DNA of 64,000 nt from Camelus dromedarius (taxonomy: Eukaryota): the NCBI RefSeq assembly GCF_036321535.1, contig NC_087437.1:71736001-71800000 (forward strand). Reading direction: 5' to 3'. The position numbers and the translations under genes were made by a program. Every line of letters begins with the position of its first letter. Positions within the stretch are counted from its first letter, which is position 1. The notes under the pieces are model-generated. The model worked only from the letters and a program-made list of their open reading frames with translations, was not told the DNA's origin and searched no databases. Positions 40,701 to 54,956 of this stretch are shown here, piece by piece.

Positions 40701-40870
40701 CTTACCATCATATACTCTTTAGGTCCCAAGGTTCTTTGTGGTCTGCGTCTTCTTTTCACCTTTCAAAATCTTCTTATGTTTGCTAGTGTCCAGGCTGTTT
40801 ATTTTCTACTTGCCAGGAAAAATAGGAAAATGTAGGTCTATTCCATCTTCCTAGAAGTGGAACTCTTCTC
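37783..40870 (-). mobile_element. old L1 (L1MD-like) with internal deletions and 5' region
   Basis: degenerate ORF2; colinear with the copy at 56588-59357. Confidence 0.7.
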
Positions 40871-40949
40871 AATTAATTTTTCTTATCTTTATCTTTAATG
40901 ATACTGGGTACACTAGCTTTTTTTTTTTTTCAGATTCTTTACAGTCGTT

Positions 40950-43900
40950 TATAAAATGATTATATGTGAGTGAAGACAGATTCTTCCATTCCAATCTCAA
41001 TATCTTTTATTTCTTGACTCCTTGTGCTGTCTAGGATATGCACTACAGTGTTGAATGAAAATGATGAGAGTGAACATTCTTTTTGTATTCCCGGTCTAAG
41101 GAGAAAACATTCAGCCTTTTATTATCAATGTGATACCAGCCCTTTAGAAGCACTTAAGCAGGCTGATGAAATTCCCTTTTATTCCTAGTTTGTGGAGAAG
41201 ATTTTCTTAATGTGTTTTCTATCAAGGATGGGTATTGAATTTTCTCAAATGACTTTTAGAAGTATACTGAGATGATCATATGCTTGTTTTCTTTTATTCT
41301 TTAACATTGTGGGTCATGGTGATTGATTTCAAATATTAAATCAGTATTCCTAGGATAAATTTCACTTGATCATGGTGTATTACCTTTTTAAATTTTTGCT
41401 AAAAATTTCTCTTTTTGTAGTGTCCTTGTCTGGTTTTGGTATCAGGATGATGCTGATGAATTTGGAAGTGTTCTCTCTTACTCTATTTTTTGGAGGAGTT
41501 TGAGCAGGATTGGTATTAATTCTTCTTTAAATTTTGATAGAATTCACCAGTGAAGCCATCTGTCCTAGACTTTTGTTTGTTTTGAAGTTTTTGATTACTG
41601 TTCTTACTAGTAATTGGTCTGTTCATACTTTCTGTTTCTTCATGATTCAGTCTGGGTAGGTTGTATATTTTTAGGAACTTACCTATTTCTTCTAGGTTGT
41701 CCAATTTATTGGTATAAATTGTTCTTAATAGTCTCTTATGATCCTTTATATTTCTGTGCTATCAGTTGTGAAGTCTCCTCTTTGATTTCTGATTTTGAGT
41801 TCTTTTCTTGGTGAGTATAGCTAAAGGTCTGTCTTTTTTTTTTTTTTTTTTTTTAATCTTTAAAAAAAGAATAGCTCTTACTTTCATCTTTTCTATTGTC
41901 TTTTTAGTCTGTATGTCATTTAGTTCTGCTCTGGTCTTTATTTCCTTCCTTCTACTAACTTTGAGCTTCATTTGTGTGTTCTTTTCCTAGTTCTTTGAGG
42001 TGTAAAGTTAGGTTGTTCAAGATTTTTCTTGTTTCTTGATTTAGGCATTTATTGCTGTGAACGTCTCTCTTAGGACTGCTTTTGCTGCATCCTGTAAGTC
42101 TGTGGTATGTTATTTTCCTATTTTCATTTGTCTCAAGATATTTTTAAATTTCTCTTTTGATTTCTTCAGTTGGTTGTTCAGTAGCATGTTATTTAATCTC
42201 CACATAATGGTGAATTTTCCAGTTTTCTCCTTGTAATTGATTTCTAATATTATATTGCTGTAGCTGGGAAGCATGTTTGATATGATTTCAGTGTTCTTAA
42301 ATTTATTGATTTGTTTTGTGGCCTAATATATGACCTCTCCTGGAAAACATTCCATATGCATTTGAGAAGAATGTGTATTCTGCTGCTGTTGAATGGAATG
42401 TCTGTAAATATCTAATGTGTCATTTAAGTCTGATGTTACCTTACTGATTTTCTGTCTGGACGACATATCCATTGTTGCAAGTGGGTTATTAAAATTCAGT
42501 ACTGTTATTGTAGTGCTGCTTGTTTCTCCCTTCAGGTCTGTTCATTTTGTTTTCTATATTTAGGTGTTTCTACATTGGGTGTATAAATATTTACAAATGT
42601 TATCCTCTTGTTGGCTTGACCCCTTTATCATTATATAATGACCTTCTTTGTCTTTTATTACAGACTTAAAATAGTCTCAAAATAGGCTTAAAGTCTATTT
42701 TGTCTGATATCAGTACAGCTACCCTGCATTCTTTGGTTTCTATTTGCATAGAGTATCTTTTCCCATCCTTTCACTTTCAGTCTGTGTGTGTGTCCTTATA
42801 GCTGAAGTGAGTCTCTTGTAGGCAACATATAGTTGGGTCTTCCTTTCTTTTCATGCATTGATTCATTTAATTATTTATTTTTATTAAGTCATTCTGTGTC
42901 TTTTGATTGAATAATTTAGTCCACTTACATTGAAAGTAGTTAATGATTAGTATAGACTTACTGTTGCATTTTATTTGTTTTCTGATTGTTTTATAATTCC
43001 TTTCTTCCTTTCTTGTTCTCTTCATTTGTGATTGATGATTTTCTATAGTGATATGCTTAAATTTCTTCTCTTTATATTTTTTGTATCTATTATAGATTAT
43101 TTGTGGTTTATATGAGACTTACATAAAACATACATTTTGACAATCTATTTTGAGCTGTTAGCAACTTAACTTTGAACACACAATAAAACTACATTTTTAC
43201 TCCCCCCCTTTGTTTTTGATGTCACAATTTGCATCATTTTACTTTGTGTATCTGTTAACAAATTATTGCATTTACAGTTTTTATTTTTAATACATTTATC
43301 TTTCAAGCTTATGCCAGATTTATAAGTGATTTATCCACCACCTTTACAACATTGGTGTATTTTGGATTTACATATATATTTGTCTTTATCAGTGAGATTT
43401 ATACTTCTCATATATTTTCTTGTTAATAATTAGCATCCTTTTACTTCAGTTTGAAGAAGTGCTTTAACATTGCTTGTAAGGCTGTCCTAGTCCTTCAGCT
43501 TTTGTTTGTCTGGAGGACTCTATCTCTCCTTCAATTCTGAAGGACACTTTTGCTGGGTAGGATATTATTCTCTTCTTATTTTAATTTCTGTACTATCTGT
43601 TGTGTTGTCCTCTTTTATTTTTGATATTAATTTGTATCTTCTCTCTTGATCATTCCAACAAGAGGTTTATTAATTTTATTAATTTCTTTTTAAGACACTA
43701 CCTTTTGGTTATAGTTTTTAAAAAAATTTTGTTTGTCTGATTTCTGTGTCATTGATTTCTGTTCTATACCATTTCCTTCATTTTAGTTTTTTGGGCTTAA
43801 TTAACTCTTTTCTTTCTTCTTAAAGTTTAAGTTTAGGTGTAAGCTTTGATTTTATACTTTTCTTCTTTTCTAATATAAATACTTATTTTAAATTTCCCTT

Positions 43901-45000
43901 AAGCACTGAGCTGCATTCCACTAGTTTTGATATATTTTTGTTATTACATAGTCCAAAATATTTTCTAATACCCCTTGTGATTTCTTCCTTGATTTGTGGG
44001 TTATTTTAAAGTGCACTGTTTAGTTTCCAAAATTTTGAGGTTTTAAAAAATATCTCTGTTTGAGTTCTAATTTAATTTTTGTGGTCACAGAAAATAGTCT
44101 GTGTGATTTAAATTATTTTGAATTTATTGGAAATTATATAGGCCTGCATACAGTCCATTTTAGTTAAAGTTCAATGCATGCTTGAAAGAGAGTATATATT
44201 CTTGCATTCTGGAGTGTAGTGTTCTGGGGGCAAGGGTATAGCTCAAGTGGTAGAGTGTATGCTTTGCATGCCCGATGTCCTGGGTTCATTCCCCAGTACC
44301 TCCTCTTAAAATAAATAAACCTAATTACTTCCCCAAGCAAAAAAAAAAGAAAAAAAAGACTTGTTAGTGTATAGTGTTCTATACATATCAGTGAGGACAA
44401 GGGGATTGATAATATTTTCTAAGTCTTCTGTTTCTCCTACTTTGAAGGGATGACTCTTTGGGGGTACTCTACTAAATGTCCTTTACATTTGATAAGGTCT
44501 CTTTAACTCATGGGATGATGAGTGAGTCCCAGCCATGTGTACCTATGAGAATTGTTTGTCTTACAGCTTCCCAGTGTTTGACTTTCCCCAGATGTTTTTC
44601 TTTGTCCAGCTTCATAGTATTTCACATTACAAGTGTACAGACTAATATTCAACCAGAAACTCAAGAAAGCCCCATGTATATTTCCTTGTGTAACTCTTAC
44701 AGTCTTTTCCACAAAATTCTGACCATTTTGGCCTCTCTGAACTCCAGTTTCTGTCTCCTCAGTGAGGTCACTTGACTAATATTTGCAATCCCAACCCTAC
44801 TCCAGGTTCTGATAATTTCCTCTATGCAGAAACCAGGCGATAATAAGGACTACTTATTTTGTCTCACTTCTCTCAGGAATTACAGTCCTGGTCTGCTTAT
44901 TATTCAATGTCAGAACATAGTTGTTTCTTATATTTTTGTTCAGTTCTGGGTATTTGGAGCATGAGGATAATTGTTTCTCTCACATGGCCAGAGCAGAAGT
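40950..45000 (-). mobile_element. L1 fragments (ORF2 endonuclease/ORF1 region)
   Basis: peptides [18 protein letters not shown] and DGFTGEFYQ; approximate. Confidence 0.75.
44226..44365 (+). mobile_element. vic-1-like SINE
   Basis: gggtatagctcaagtggtagag...cctgggttcattcccc; imperfect TSD agtgt(at)agtgttct. Confidence 0.85.
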
Positions 45001-45680
45001 ACTGTCTTTCTTCCTTTTCTTTCTTTCCTTTCCTTCCTCTCCATCCCTTTCCTTTCTTTAAAAATATTGATCTTTCCTTTAGTGCTGTTATACACAAATG
45101 AACAATTGTCAATTAATACATTAGATGGTATGTGTTTTTTCTGCTATACGTGTGTTTGCTTTTTCCTAAAGGGCTGACTGAAGCTATGTGCTCATGTTGA
45201 CTGACAGGCTTCACTTTAAAGAATTAGGTAGGTTGGGGGTCTGCCAGTGAAGATCCCTGCAATGGGGTGCCAACCCATACCCTAGATACCTTTCACATGT
45301 GGAGATGGGGAAGTTGGGAGGGCTCAACTGGTTCAGGCATTCCTTTTCAATCCTCTAATTAATTTTGCCAAATAATGTCTAGCATTCCATTCCTTGCTCC
45401 ATACCTGCCCCCTCTTTGCTTGGAGCTTCCCAGGAACTCTACCAAGAAGACTATATCCAGTTCTTTTTATAGCCTTCTCCTGAGGGGTATTCTGGACTAG
45501 AGTTTTCATTGGTCTAGTTTATCCATTAATATGATTGTTTCTTTCTGTCTTCTAGAAATGTATCACTGTCACTAGTTTGCTCATGGCTTTCTGTCCCATT
45601 CTCAGCTTTCCTAATGATTTGTCCCCTTTAATACCTCCACACTGTCATTTCCGTGGAATTTAGGGAGAGAAGAAGGGAGG

Positions 45681-45681
<1 letters not shown>

Positions 45682-45719
<38 letters not shown>

Positions 45720-45800
45720 GTACATATATATACATACATATATATGTATATATGTGTGTGTATGTGTGTATATATGTATATGTATGTATATATACACACA
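45682..45800. repeat. compound (CA)n/(TA)n/(TG)n microsatellite
   Basis: directly visible. Confidence 0.9.
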
Positions 45801-46244
45801 AACACTCATGCTATTTTGAATTACATGACTTTTTTGAAAATATTAGGACAAATTTTATGACAGTCACTTATATTGTTAAAAAAAAATTACAATTAAATTT
45901 TTAGTGATTTAAAAAAATCTGTACTTAAGGCTTCATTTCTAGTGAGGGAATAAATAATGATGTTGACCTAAATTACTTAGAGGTTAACCAAAGCCTACGA
46001 ATGATTCAGATTATTTAAGCACCATCTAGTGATTGTTTTTTATTTATTTAATTACTTACTATTTTGCTTGAGTTGCTTTAAAAATAGTCATTAACTTAAA
46101 ATTCTTGGGCTCTACAGACAAAAGTAGCATCACAGACTCAGAATTCTGCTTTTGCTTCATGATTGAATATGATTACCTGTAGTAAACTGGACAAATTGGA
46201 GTTTATTGTTATATTTATGGCTGGGTTTTCTATTTTTCTGATAG

Positions 46245-46422
46245 GTACAAGAGTAAACCTGATGATGACTATGAAGATCCCAAACATGTCCAAGCCATCA
46301 AAGAGGCCCAGCTGTATATGGGGGACTTCAACCTGAAGACGGCCCCAGACTATAAGATACCTGAACACATGAGAATAAATGCTGCCAAGAAGGAAGAGGA
46401 CCTGGGATACCTTGACTCTGTG
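46245..46422 (+). CDS. CFAP44: exon 17 (LYKSKPDD...YLDSV), 178 nt
   Basis: gatag|G ... GTG|gtgctt; the donor is weak and was chosen for phase-0 compatibility with exon 18. Confidence 0.82.
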
Positions 46423-47050
46423 GTGCTTACCCATAGCTTTCATGACAGTGAGAGACAGCCTGGGGTTTTTGTTGAATTATGCTAAAACCACCCATTTTGC
46501 TCTCTGGTCCATAAGAGATTATAGTCATAGAAATTTAGAGTTGGAAAAAGCCTTCCTGATTATCTAGAATAATGCCCCTTTTTACAATTGAGGAAACTGA
46601 GTCCTGAGGAAAGAGATTTATCCATGATTATTTAGTTAATATGGCAGAACCAGCCTTCAAATTAATTACTCGGTTTAATACCAGTTTCATGGGTGAAGGC
46701 ATTCTGTTTTATGGACTTTGAACTTCTGAAATTCAAACACATCCTTATTGGGTATTGTTTTTAGCTGCTGTGGACCACCAAAGACTTAGGAGAAGAGGCC
46801 ACTGTGTGTAGCGTTTGTTTGAAGGACTTCCAAACTTCTGTAGGTGACTCAGTACTAAACAATTAATATATTCCTTTTTGACAGTCTCTGCCGTCTTCCA
46901 GAGTGCTTCTAATCATCCTGATTTCTCATACCTGTTTTCTTATTGAAGTTTCCTCTCCTTGTCATAGTCATTCCTTAATTTGAATTGACAGGTGACTTTT
47001 CATACTTAGAGGCTCAGAAGGCATCTGAGCTACCATTTTGAGGAGAAGTT

Positions 47051-47185
47051 GGGGTTTTTTAGGGGAGGGGAGTAATTTGGTTTATTTATTTTACTTATTT
47101 CTTAGTGGAGGTACTAGGGATTGAACCCAGGACCTCGTGCATACTAAACAAGCACTGTACCACTCAGCTATAACCTCCCCACCCC
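47051..47185 (-). mobile_element. vic-1-like SINE
   Basis: TSD ttgag(g/a)agaa(g/t)tt at 47038-47050 and 47186-47198. Confidence 0.85.
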
Positions 47186-47669
47186 TTGAGAAGAATTTTG
47201 GTCACCTAGAACGTGTGCAAGTTGCACATCTCAGGGCATCACATTGGAAAGAGTGCCAGATCATAGTATGTTTGGGTATTTTATAATTTTCTGAAAAAAA
47301 TTGAAGAAAAGTGTCTTGAGGAAGGAGTGTCTTCTTCTATTTTACCAAAGATGCTGTATGTGCCAGTACTCCAGAGATCCTAGTATGACAATTCATAGCC
47401 ACAAGTAAATTTTCATAACTCATAACTACACCTTTCTGATCAAATGGACATTTTGAACATGTTATTAGTGACCATTTGGGTTGTTCTTCTAGGTGTTTGT
47501 CTAAGGCAATGCTTGTTTCATCCATTGTCATAGAGAAATATTCTTTTGACCACAATTTGCCAATCATCCAACCCAAAATTTCATGATCCAGCTAGAGGTG
47601 ATGAACAGGTGTGATGTCTTGAAATGTATGATACTGGAATCTATTAAAAGAACAACATAAATCAATGTA

Positions 47670-47890
47670 GAGCACACTCTACAAGTCGGAAGACCAGAGT
47701 TTTGTTCCATCTCTGCCACTCAGTAGTTACGTGAACTTTGCTAGTCATGTAAATCTCCCTAAGCCTCAGTTATATTGCCTGTCAAAAAGATATTAATACC
47801 AAGGAACAACAATTAGACAAGACATGTCTAGTCTACTTGACAGGGTTAATGTAATGGTCAAAGTCAGTAAACAGTCATTATTATCATGGT
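47670..47890 (+). mobile_element. MIR
   Basis: ctctgccactcagtagtt...ctaagcctcagtt. Confidence 0.6.
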
Positions 47891-49067
47891 TAAATTCAAA
47901 ATCATTGAAAAGTATCAGGCATTTTAGAAACAGTATATTATACATCCCCTTCCTGTGGTCAGTGTTTAGGTGTGTGTGGTATTTAGAAAACTAGAGAGAG
48001 AGGCTTGATGTGTAAATAGGGCTCCTCAAAGAGGTAGGCCTTACAGCCATGAGGCTGGTTTGGGTTTATTCTTCTAAGCTCACTTCTCAGTCCTCCAGGT
48101 ACTTTCAGAAGCGGTCCTCCACTCACCCAGGAGCTGGCTTTTGAGTTTAAATCTTAAGGATTTAAAGATGTGTTCTTAAGTACGTGAAACATCCCCTCTA
48201 TTTTGTTACAGGAGGTAGTAAATATGCAGGCAAGTTTTGCAAGACTACTTGAAGAAGTGCCTTTTGATCTTTTATTTTCCTTAACCTGTATATTTACACA
48301 AAGTTACTCTTAATAGCCTTTAGACTACCTAGGTGCCTAACGGCACACAAGAGTAGGGCTGCATGTGCCTATAGGCTCTGGAAAGGGCACTTAGGAAACA
48401 CAGACTGGGGAGAGAGCTGGCAGTGAGGGAGCAGTGGCCTGTACGGCATTTGTGGCTGGAGGCAGCGACATAGCTTGGCTTAGATAAATGGAGAAGGAAC
48501 CGAGGGAGAGTACTGGAATCTCTTGGTGTGACATGATATCGAAATTCAGGATCATGACCTTGCCTGCACAAGGAGTAACAGAAATAATGTGGCCAAAATA
48601 CAGAATGAAAACAGGCTAAACCGTAGTCTGGCTAGGTGGGTAAGCAGGCAACCCTAAGTGAGTCTATGCCAATGGGATTTGAGTTTCCATCAAGGAAAGG
48701 TGGTTACTTGTGTGTTCTGACCAATGAGTGACCTTCCCTCCACCCCCCCCCCGCGCCTCCCCTGGATCTGGCTGAGTACAAAGCTCAGGGAGGGCTTCCA
48801 TTGACTGGTGGGAGGAGGACAGGGGAGCTCAGCCCTCCAAGCCAGCTGAGGGACATCAGGGGTCACATCCAGGCTGTCTCCCCCTTTCCAAGATACTAAA
48901 TGGGGGAAAGCCTAAAAACCAGAGGAAATAACAGTGTACTGCACAAGAATGATCAGGTACATTTTTATCTTAAATTTTTTGCTAGGTATACCAGTCAAGG
49001 GACAAAAGCAAAGCAAAGCATTTGTGAGTGGAGTGTCATTTTGCTTCTTTCCCATTCTTTTTATCAG

Positions 49068-49568
49068 GCCTATTCAAAGAAAATGCACATGAACAAGTGC
49101 ATCGTCTCTCTCCGAGATCTGAAGGTGGCTGTCATCGAGGAAATACAGTGCCTGGTGCAAGAACTGAAGAATATTCAGTCGACTCTTCACATATCCAAGC
49201 ACGTCCCGATTCCCCAAATCCCTGAGATACACCCGGAAGAAGTTCCAGAGAAGAGATTTCAGTATGACGAGAAAACCCTCCTAGCTTTTAAGCAACAGCT
49301 GATGGAAAATCAGGATGAAAAGTCCCCGCAGGGGGAACAGGCAGGGTCTGCAGGCTCAGCTGGAGGATTCCTCAAACTCTCTTCTGGAAAGGACGGGGAT
49401 TTGACGACACGTGATTCCTCGTCTAGATTGTTAAAAGTATCAACATTCAGTCTAGATATTCCAAAGTTCATGGAATTTGAAAAAGCAGATCCAACCGAAG
49501 TGGAGCTGGAGATTATGAGGAGGGATGAGATTAAACACTTGTACATGCAGCAGTATTTGATCAACAGG
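49068..49568 (+). CDS. CFAP44: exon 18 ([10 protein letters not shown]...YLINR), 501 nt
   Basis: atcag|GCC ... AGG|gtaagc; lies within ORF 48900-49625. Confidence 0.92.
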
Positions 49569-50511
49569 GTAAGCGAGGAGACTGCTTACTTAAAGCTGAA
49601 AGAGAGAAGAGCAGGGATGAACTAGATCTAGTTTCTTGTTTAGTTTTAATGTCTCTATATTAACCTTCCCCTGAACCCTGACCAGCCCACAACTCACTGA
49701 TAGCTGCACTGCCTCCCCATCCCTAGTCTTCTGAAAATCACTGTGCTCTGCCCAGGACTTTGGAACTTTTTAACTTTTTTTTTTCTTTTTGGAAAGCTAA
49801 GAATTAAGGGCAAATCCATGTTCATTGGTATCTAACTGAGATCATGGTAAAGGGAAAGTGATGGAGCAGCCTTATCCAGAAGATGGATAAAACACAATTA
49901 AGAAACTTGCAGTGACAACGGGGCACTCTCTGCTTTTTACACCCTGCTCTTTCTCTAATGTGTGCTTTGCTCTATTCGTGGGAGTGTTCTTGGTAATGAC
50001 TAGTTTCGGAATTGTTCTGGAGCTAGAATAGCAAAAATTTTTACTTCTAGGAAAATCAGGACCACGCTGGGGCCAGTTGTGTGCGGGAGGTGCTGTGAAT
50101 ATGGAAGGAAAAGGATCTCTCCTGGGTGGAGTGCTCCCTCCTGCCGGTCGTACAGAGTCTCCTTCGTCAATGTGTCTTTCGAGCTCCACTCTGAAGGCAG
50201 CCCTATTGCTTCCCAATCTTATTCTTCACCTGTTATCAACACTTCATCCAGCCCTGTTTTCTCATTCTTCCTGTTTCTCCCCACTCACCCCCATTCTGAG
50301 TGTATAGCTGTACTTTCTCCTTTGCTATTTCTTTCTACTTGCAATGACCTCCTTCCAAAGTTGTCATCATTCAAAACCCTCTCCAGAATCTTCTGCCCAC
50401 ATCACATACTCTCCTTTTTTCTAAATTCCATTTGCACTTATAATAAGCACCTCATGTTTTACACATATTTTTCTTGCTGTTTTGTCTTACAGATTAGATT
50501 TTACAGTTCTT

Positions 50512-53500
50512 TTAATTGAAATCTAGTTGAAGTACAATATTATATGTTACAGGTGTACAATATAGTGATTCACAATTTTTAAAGGTTATATACTCCATTT
50601 GTAGTTACTATAAAATATGGGCTGTATTCCCTGTGTTGTACAATACATCCTTGTAGCTTATTTTATACCTAATAATTTGTACCTCTTAATCTCCTATCTC
50701 TATAATGCCCTTTCCTCCTTCATTCTCCCCATTGGTGACCACTAGTTTGTTCTCTGTAAATGTCTGTTTCTTTTTTGTTACATTCACTAGATTTCTTTTA
50801 TAGAATCCATACATAAGTGCTAACATATAGTATTTGTCTTTAACTGGCTGACTTATTTCACTAACCATAATAACCCCCAGATCCATTCGTGTTGTTGCAA
50901 ATAGCAAAATTTCATTCTTTTTTTATGGCTGAAGAGTATTCCATTGCATATACACATACCACATCTTCATCCATTCATCTGTCAATGGACTCTTAGGTTG
51001 CTTCCATATCTTGGCAATTGTAGATAATGCTATGATGAACATTGGGGTGCATGTATCTTTTCAAATTAGAGTTTTTGTTTATTTTGGATATATACCCAGG
51101 AGTAGGAATTGCTGGGTCATAAAGTAGTTCTATTTTTAGTTTTTTGAAAAACCTCCATACTGTTTTCCACAGTGGCTGTACCAATTTATATTCCCACCAG
51201 CAGTGAACAAGGGCTCCCTTTTCTTCATGTTTTTGCTCGCATTTGTTATTTGTGTTCTTTTTGATGATAACCATTCTGACAGGTGTGAGTGATACCTCAT
51301 TGTGGTTTTAATTTATAGTTCCCTGATGATTAGTGATGTTAAGCATCTTTTCATGTGCCTTTTGGCCATCAGTATGTTTTCTTTGGAAAAATGTCTATAC
51401 AGGTCTTCTACGCATTTTTCAATCAGGTTGTTTTTTTTTGATGTTGAGTTGTCTGAGCTGTTTATATATTTCAGATATTAACCCCTTATGGGTCATATTA
51501 TTGGCAAATATTTCCTCCCACTCAGTAGGCTGTCTTTTCATTTTGTTTATGGTTTCCTTTGCTGTGTGAAAGCTTTCAAGTTTAATTAGGTCTCATTTCC
51601 CTATTTTTGCTTTTGTTTCCTTTGCTTTAGAAGACAGATTAAAAAAAAATATTGCTACGATTTATGTCAAAGAGTGTTCTGCCTGTTTTCTTCTGGGAGT
51701 TTTATAGTTTCCAGCTAACATTTAGAGCTTTGATTCATTTTGAGTTTATTTTTGTATATGTTGTTAGAGAATGTTCTGCTTTCGTTCTTCACATATAGCT
51801 GTCCAGTTTCCCCAGCACCATTTATTGACAGGGATATCTTTTCTCCATGGCATATTCTTGCCTTCTTTGTCATAGATTAATTGACCATAAGTGTATAGGT
51901 TTATTTCTGGGCTCTCTATTCTGTTCTAATGATCTATGTGTCTGTTTTTGTGCCAGTATCATACTGTTTTGATTATTGTAGCTTTGTAGTATAGTCTGAA
52001 GTCAGGGAACATGATTCTTCCAGCTCCTTTCTTTCTCAAGATTGTTTTGGCTATTCGGGGTCTTTTGTGTTTTCATACAAATTTTAAAGTTATTTATTCT
52101 AGTTCTGTGAAAAATGCCATTGGTATTTTGATAGGAATTGCATTGAATCTGTAGATTGCCTTGAGTATTATGGTCATTTAAAAAATACTGATTCTTCCAA
52201 TTCAAGAACGTGGTATATCTTTCCAATCTGTTTTGGTCGTCTTCCATTTCTTTCATCAGTTTCTTAGTTTTCCAAGTACTGGTCTTTTACCTCCTTAGGC
52301 AGGTTTATTTCTAGGTATTTTGTTCTTTCTGATGCCATGGTAAGTGGGATTGTTTCCTTAATTTAACTTTCTGATAGTTCATTGTTAGTGTATAGAAATG
52401 CAACTGATTTCTGTATAGTAATTTTGTATTCTTCAAATTTACCAAATCCATTGATGAGCTCTAGGGGTTTTCTGGTAGCATTTCTAGGATTTTCTATGTA
52501 TAGTATCATGTCATCTGCAAACAGTGACAGTTTTACTTCTTTCTTTCCAATTTGGATTCCTTTTATTTCTTCTTCTTCTCTGATGGCTGTGGCTAGGACT
52601 TCCAAAACTATGTTGAATAAAAGTGGTTAAGAGTGGGCATCCTTGTCCTTCATCTTAGAGGAAATGCTTTTAGCTTTTCACCATTGAGTATGATATTAGC
52701 TGTGGGTTTGTCATGTATGGCCTTTATTATGTTGAGATATGTTCCCTCTATGCCCACTTTCTGGAGAGTTTTTATCATAGATGAATGTTGAATTTTGTCA
52801 AAAGCTTTTTCTGCATCAATTGAGATGATCATATGGTTTTATCCTTCAGTTAATGTGGTGTTATCACATTGATTGATTTATGAATATTGCATTATCCTTG
52901 CATCCTTGGAATAAATCCCACTTGATTAGTTTATGGCCCTTTAAATATACTGTTGGATTCATTTGCTAGTATTTTGTTGAGGATTTTTCCATCTATGTTC
53001 ATCAGTGATATTGGCCTGTAATGTTCTTGTTTGTGTGATATCTTTGTCTGGTTTTGGTATCAGGGTAATGGTGGCCTCATAGAATGAGTTCAGAAGTGTT
53101 CTTTTCTCTGCAGTTTTTTGAAATAGTTTGAGAAGAATAGATATTAACTCTTCTCTAAATGTTTGGTAGAATTCACCTGTGAAGCCATCCATCCTGGACT
53201 TTTGTTTGTTGGGAGTTTTTAATTACTAATTCAATTTCATTACTGGTAATTGGTCTGTTCATATTTTCTATTTCTTCCTGGTCCAGTCTTGGGAGACTGT
53301 ACTTTTCTAAGAATTTGTCCATTTCTTCTAGGTTGTCCATTTTATTTGCATAGTTATTCGCAGTAGTCTCCTATGATCTTTTGTATTTCTGTGGTTTAAC
53401 TTCTTTTTCATTCCTGATTTTATTGATTTGGGTCCTCTCCCTTTTTTTCTTGATGAGTCTGGCTAAAGTTTTATCAATTTTGTTTATATTTTCAAGGAAC

Positions 53501-53569
53501 CAGCTTTTAGTTTCATTGATCTTTTCTATTTCTTTCTTTCTTTTTTTTTTTTTTTTAGTCTCTGTTTCA
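50512..53569 (-). mobile_element. ~3 kb 5'-truncated L1 (RT domain, frameshifted)
   Basis: RT peptides [39 protein letters not shown] ttagatt(t/a)taca(g/a)ttctt at 50494-50511 and 53570-53587. Confidence 0.92.
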
Positions 53570-54956
53570 TTAGATTATACAATTCTTGAGGGAAGGGCCA
53601 CAAGATTCCCCTGCAGTATCTGGGACAATGCCAGACATATAGTAGATAGTAAAAAAGTTTTGATTTAATTTTACCTAATTCATTTATTTTATTAATTTAA
53701 CAAATATTTATTGCACAGGGACAGTGCTAGCTAGGAATTAGGGATGGAACAATTCTCAAGTCAGACAGGTTCTCTATCCTCATAAAGCTAACAGGCTATG
53801 AAGGGTAGTGAGAATAAAACAAGTGTAACACTTACAAACTTGGATACCTATGTGGTAAAGTTTCAGAATGATGTTCCACTAAAAAAAATACAGTCCTGCC
53901 TCCTACGAAATTTAAAAATAATTCAAATTTGTTGAACAAGCATTAAGGGAGAACCCACTTAGTCTACAGTCATTCATAATTAAAGGTTTAATTTTTCGTC
54001 TCCTTGGCTTGTTGGGGTTTTTTTGATCTCCGAAATTCTCCAGCAATTTCGCTATCCCATACCCACAGATATCATCCTCTTTCTCAGTCCCAGGCTGAGC
54101 CCTCACTCATCATATGCATTTGCTCATTGAGGCTCCCCATCATGTACAGCCTAATGAAAAACATGGAGTGATTTGTCTTTTTCTTGTTGTACTAGTTCCC
54201 TTGGGAGAATCAGCCCTTGGGGGCTCTCCTTGAGATCTTCATCTCCTTTGGGATGAAGTGAAGGAGAAGCTATATCAAAATCAGAGCAAAACTGAGGATT
54301 TAAAATTATTCGGGATGACAGTGGAATAAAGTCTAGACCAGGACTTGGGATATTTAGCTTCTCATCTTAGTTCTGTAACAAATTAGTTGTAATCTCAGGG
54401 AGATCACTTTTAGTCTCAATTTCTTCATCTGTAAATAAACTAAGAAGATTGAATGTGTTTCTTGTGGCTCCATGATTATATTTATCTATTAAAAACATTT
54501 ACTATTCTATAGGTTTGAAAATTTTCAAAATAGGATGAGGAAAATGTTTTTAGTGCTTACTGTATGAAGGGCAATGTAGAGATACTATGGGGAGGGTGGA
54601 GACAGATATAAACACTACCCACAAAGAGCTCATAGTCTCCAGTTTAAACCAGCAAGAAGGACATTCCTGATCAATGGCTTAATCAATGGTGAAGAAATAG
54701 CTGGAAGGACTGCAGTTGCAGAATTCCTACCACTTAATAAATTAATTTATGTACATGTAATACCATTGATGAATTGATTGCAGTGACTCCATACATGCAC
54801 ATGTGCCCACCTGCCCACCCTTATAATTTTCCATCCATGATAAGGGCGTAATAAGAAAAGTCTTTTACCCAAACAAATTAGTGTTGTTGGATCATTTTAA
54901 AAAATGCAGTTACATCTTTTTAACTTCTAACATTCTCAAATCTTTTTCCACCTCAG

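Noticed and set aside
49872..50519. Overlapping 114/76/146-aa ORFs
   Set aside because: No recognisable domain, several non-ATG starts and low-complexity composition; likely chance.
50686..53668. Cluster of minus-strand ORFs with reverse-transcriptase motifs (FADD)
   Set aside because: Frameshifted ORF2 of a truncated L1 with TSDs; not a novel RT system or functional gene.
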